Source: Escherichia phage NHEP1. Taken from it: a stretch of 64,000 nt of DNA. The position numbers and the translations under genes were made by a program. Of the stretch, positions 63,424 through 64,000 are shown piece after piece (position 1 is the stretch's first letter; the number at the start of each line of letters is the position of its first letter). Below the pieces are notes generated by a model, which did no database searches, was not told where the DNA came from, and saw only the letters and a list, made by a program, of their open reading frames with translations. The stretch lies in sequence record PQ511146.1; one strand, given 5' to 3'.

Positions 63424-63466
63424 TTATTGATGGCCCTGAAGTCAAGGCCATCTAAAAATAAATTTT
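63424..63466. promoter_or_regulatory. conserved intergenic hairpin element (motif B, copy 2)
   Basis: TTATTGATGGCCCTG-AAGT-CAAGGCCATCTAAAAATAAATTTTA. Confidence 0.5.
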
Positions 63467-63806
63467 ACTCGTTTTCTTCCAGCTTTGAAAGCTCTTCTTT
63501 CACTTCTTCAAGCTCTGTCTGCAATTCTTGGTATTCTTCGTCGTCCTCAATATCCAGGCTGTCGATGTAGTCGCTAAATCCGCAGCGGTAAGCGATAGGA
63601 TCTAACTCCTTGAGGATACGCGACGGAAGAAAAGAAATGCTTCCGATCATAATTTCGCCGTAGATCTCGTCTAACCATTCATCATAGTTTTCGTCGTACT
63701 TGTCCTCGTCGATTTCAAAGTTATCGATCTTGTTCTCAAGGTCTGCGATCTGTTTTTTCAGCGCGGCGATCTGCATAGCTTTTTCTGCGGCGGTCATAGT
63801 AGTCAT
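63465..63806 (-). CDS. acidic coiled-coil early protein
   Basis: 113-aa ORF; AAAAGGAGAAAA RBS; downstream of promoter 63858-63885. Confidence 0.5.
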   Translation of the reverse strand: MTTMTAAEKAMQIAALKKQIADLENKIDNFEIDEDKYDENYDEWLDEIYGEIMIGSISFLPSRILKELDPIAYRCGFSDYIDSLDIEDDEEYQELQTELEEVKEELSKLEENE

Positions 63807-63857
63807 GGTGTTTTCTCCTTTTGTGTATTCTGGGAAGTTTTCCCGTTTACGTGTTTA

Positions 63858-63885
63858 AGTATATCAATCTAAGTTAGCTTGTCAA
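63858..63885 (-). promoter_or_regulatory. sigma70-like early promoter plus leader hairpin
   Basis: Minus strand TTGACA (plus 63880-63885) N16 TATACT (plus 63858-63863), then AAACACGTAAACGGG and hairpin GGGAA-AACT-TCCC. Confidence 0.6.
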
Positions 63886-64000
63886 TTAAAAATTTAAGAA
63901 AAATTTTGCAAAACTGTTAGCGCTACTCATTAACATTTGCGCCAGGATGTAACCGACAACGCAAACGATAATAGTTACCTTTGTGTATTGGCGTGTAGTG

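Noticed and set aside
56861-63885. Conserved early-promoter motif as a phage single-subunit RNA polymerase promoter (T7-like)
   Set aside because: Each copy resolves into TTGACA-N16-TATAAT-like hexamers at correct spacing, so host sigma70 recognition explains them; the conserved part is the transcribed leader.
1-64000. Prophage or mobile-element boundaries (integrase, transposase, att sites)
   Set aside because: No integrase or transposase-like ORF seen; the gene content is that of a virulent phage, so no mobile element is called apart from the possible MITE-like DR-IR-DR unit noted in findings.

Overview
This window looks like part of a large virulent tailed dsDNA phage genome (no integrase or host genes seen), in six blocks. 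(1) nt 1-10400, minus strand: late morphogenesis genes in lambda-like order (large terminase with Walker A, portal, scaffold, major capsid with a strong terminator, head-tail joining genes, start of a tail gene) plus an Rz/Rz1-like spanin pair. (2) nt 10818-11756, minus strand: six canonical tRNA genes (Pro-UGG, Met/Ile-CAU, Thr-UGU, Ser-UGA, Tyr-GUA, Arg-UCU) and one atypical tRNA-like gene. (3) nt 11850-15670, minus strand: small genes, two GC-rich ORF-free islands, a four-copy palindromic iteron array beside an AT-rich tract, and a PNK-like kinase plus metallophosphoesterase. (4) nt 15787-52763, plus strand: RNA ligase, Sir2-family protein, MazG-like protein, ATP-dependent DNA ligase, lambda-R-type endolysin, FEN-like nuclease, RuvC-like and EndoVII-like resolvases, DEDD exonuclease, two DNA methyltransferases, dNMP kinase-like and HAD proteins, ThyX, NrdA/NrdB/glutaredoxin/NrdD/NrdG, PhoH, a ClpP-like protease, an HPF/YfiA-type ribosome hibernation factor homologue, and a tandem array of small acidic paralogous proteins with many micro-ORFs. 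(5) nt 52770-55060: about 2.3 kb of repeat-rich non-coding DNA where the two transcription blocks converge. (6) nt 55271-64000, minus strand: small early-type genes driven by sigma70-like promoters that share a conserved leader hairpin. All calls rest on reading the sequence and the supplied ORF translations; no database search was run. The most promising candidates for something undescribed are the small acidic paralogue array with its embedded HPF homologue, the RNA-repair/Sir2/atypical-tRNA neighbourhood, and the repeat-rich non-coding regions.
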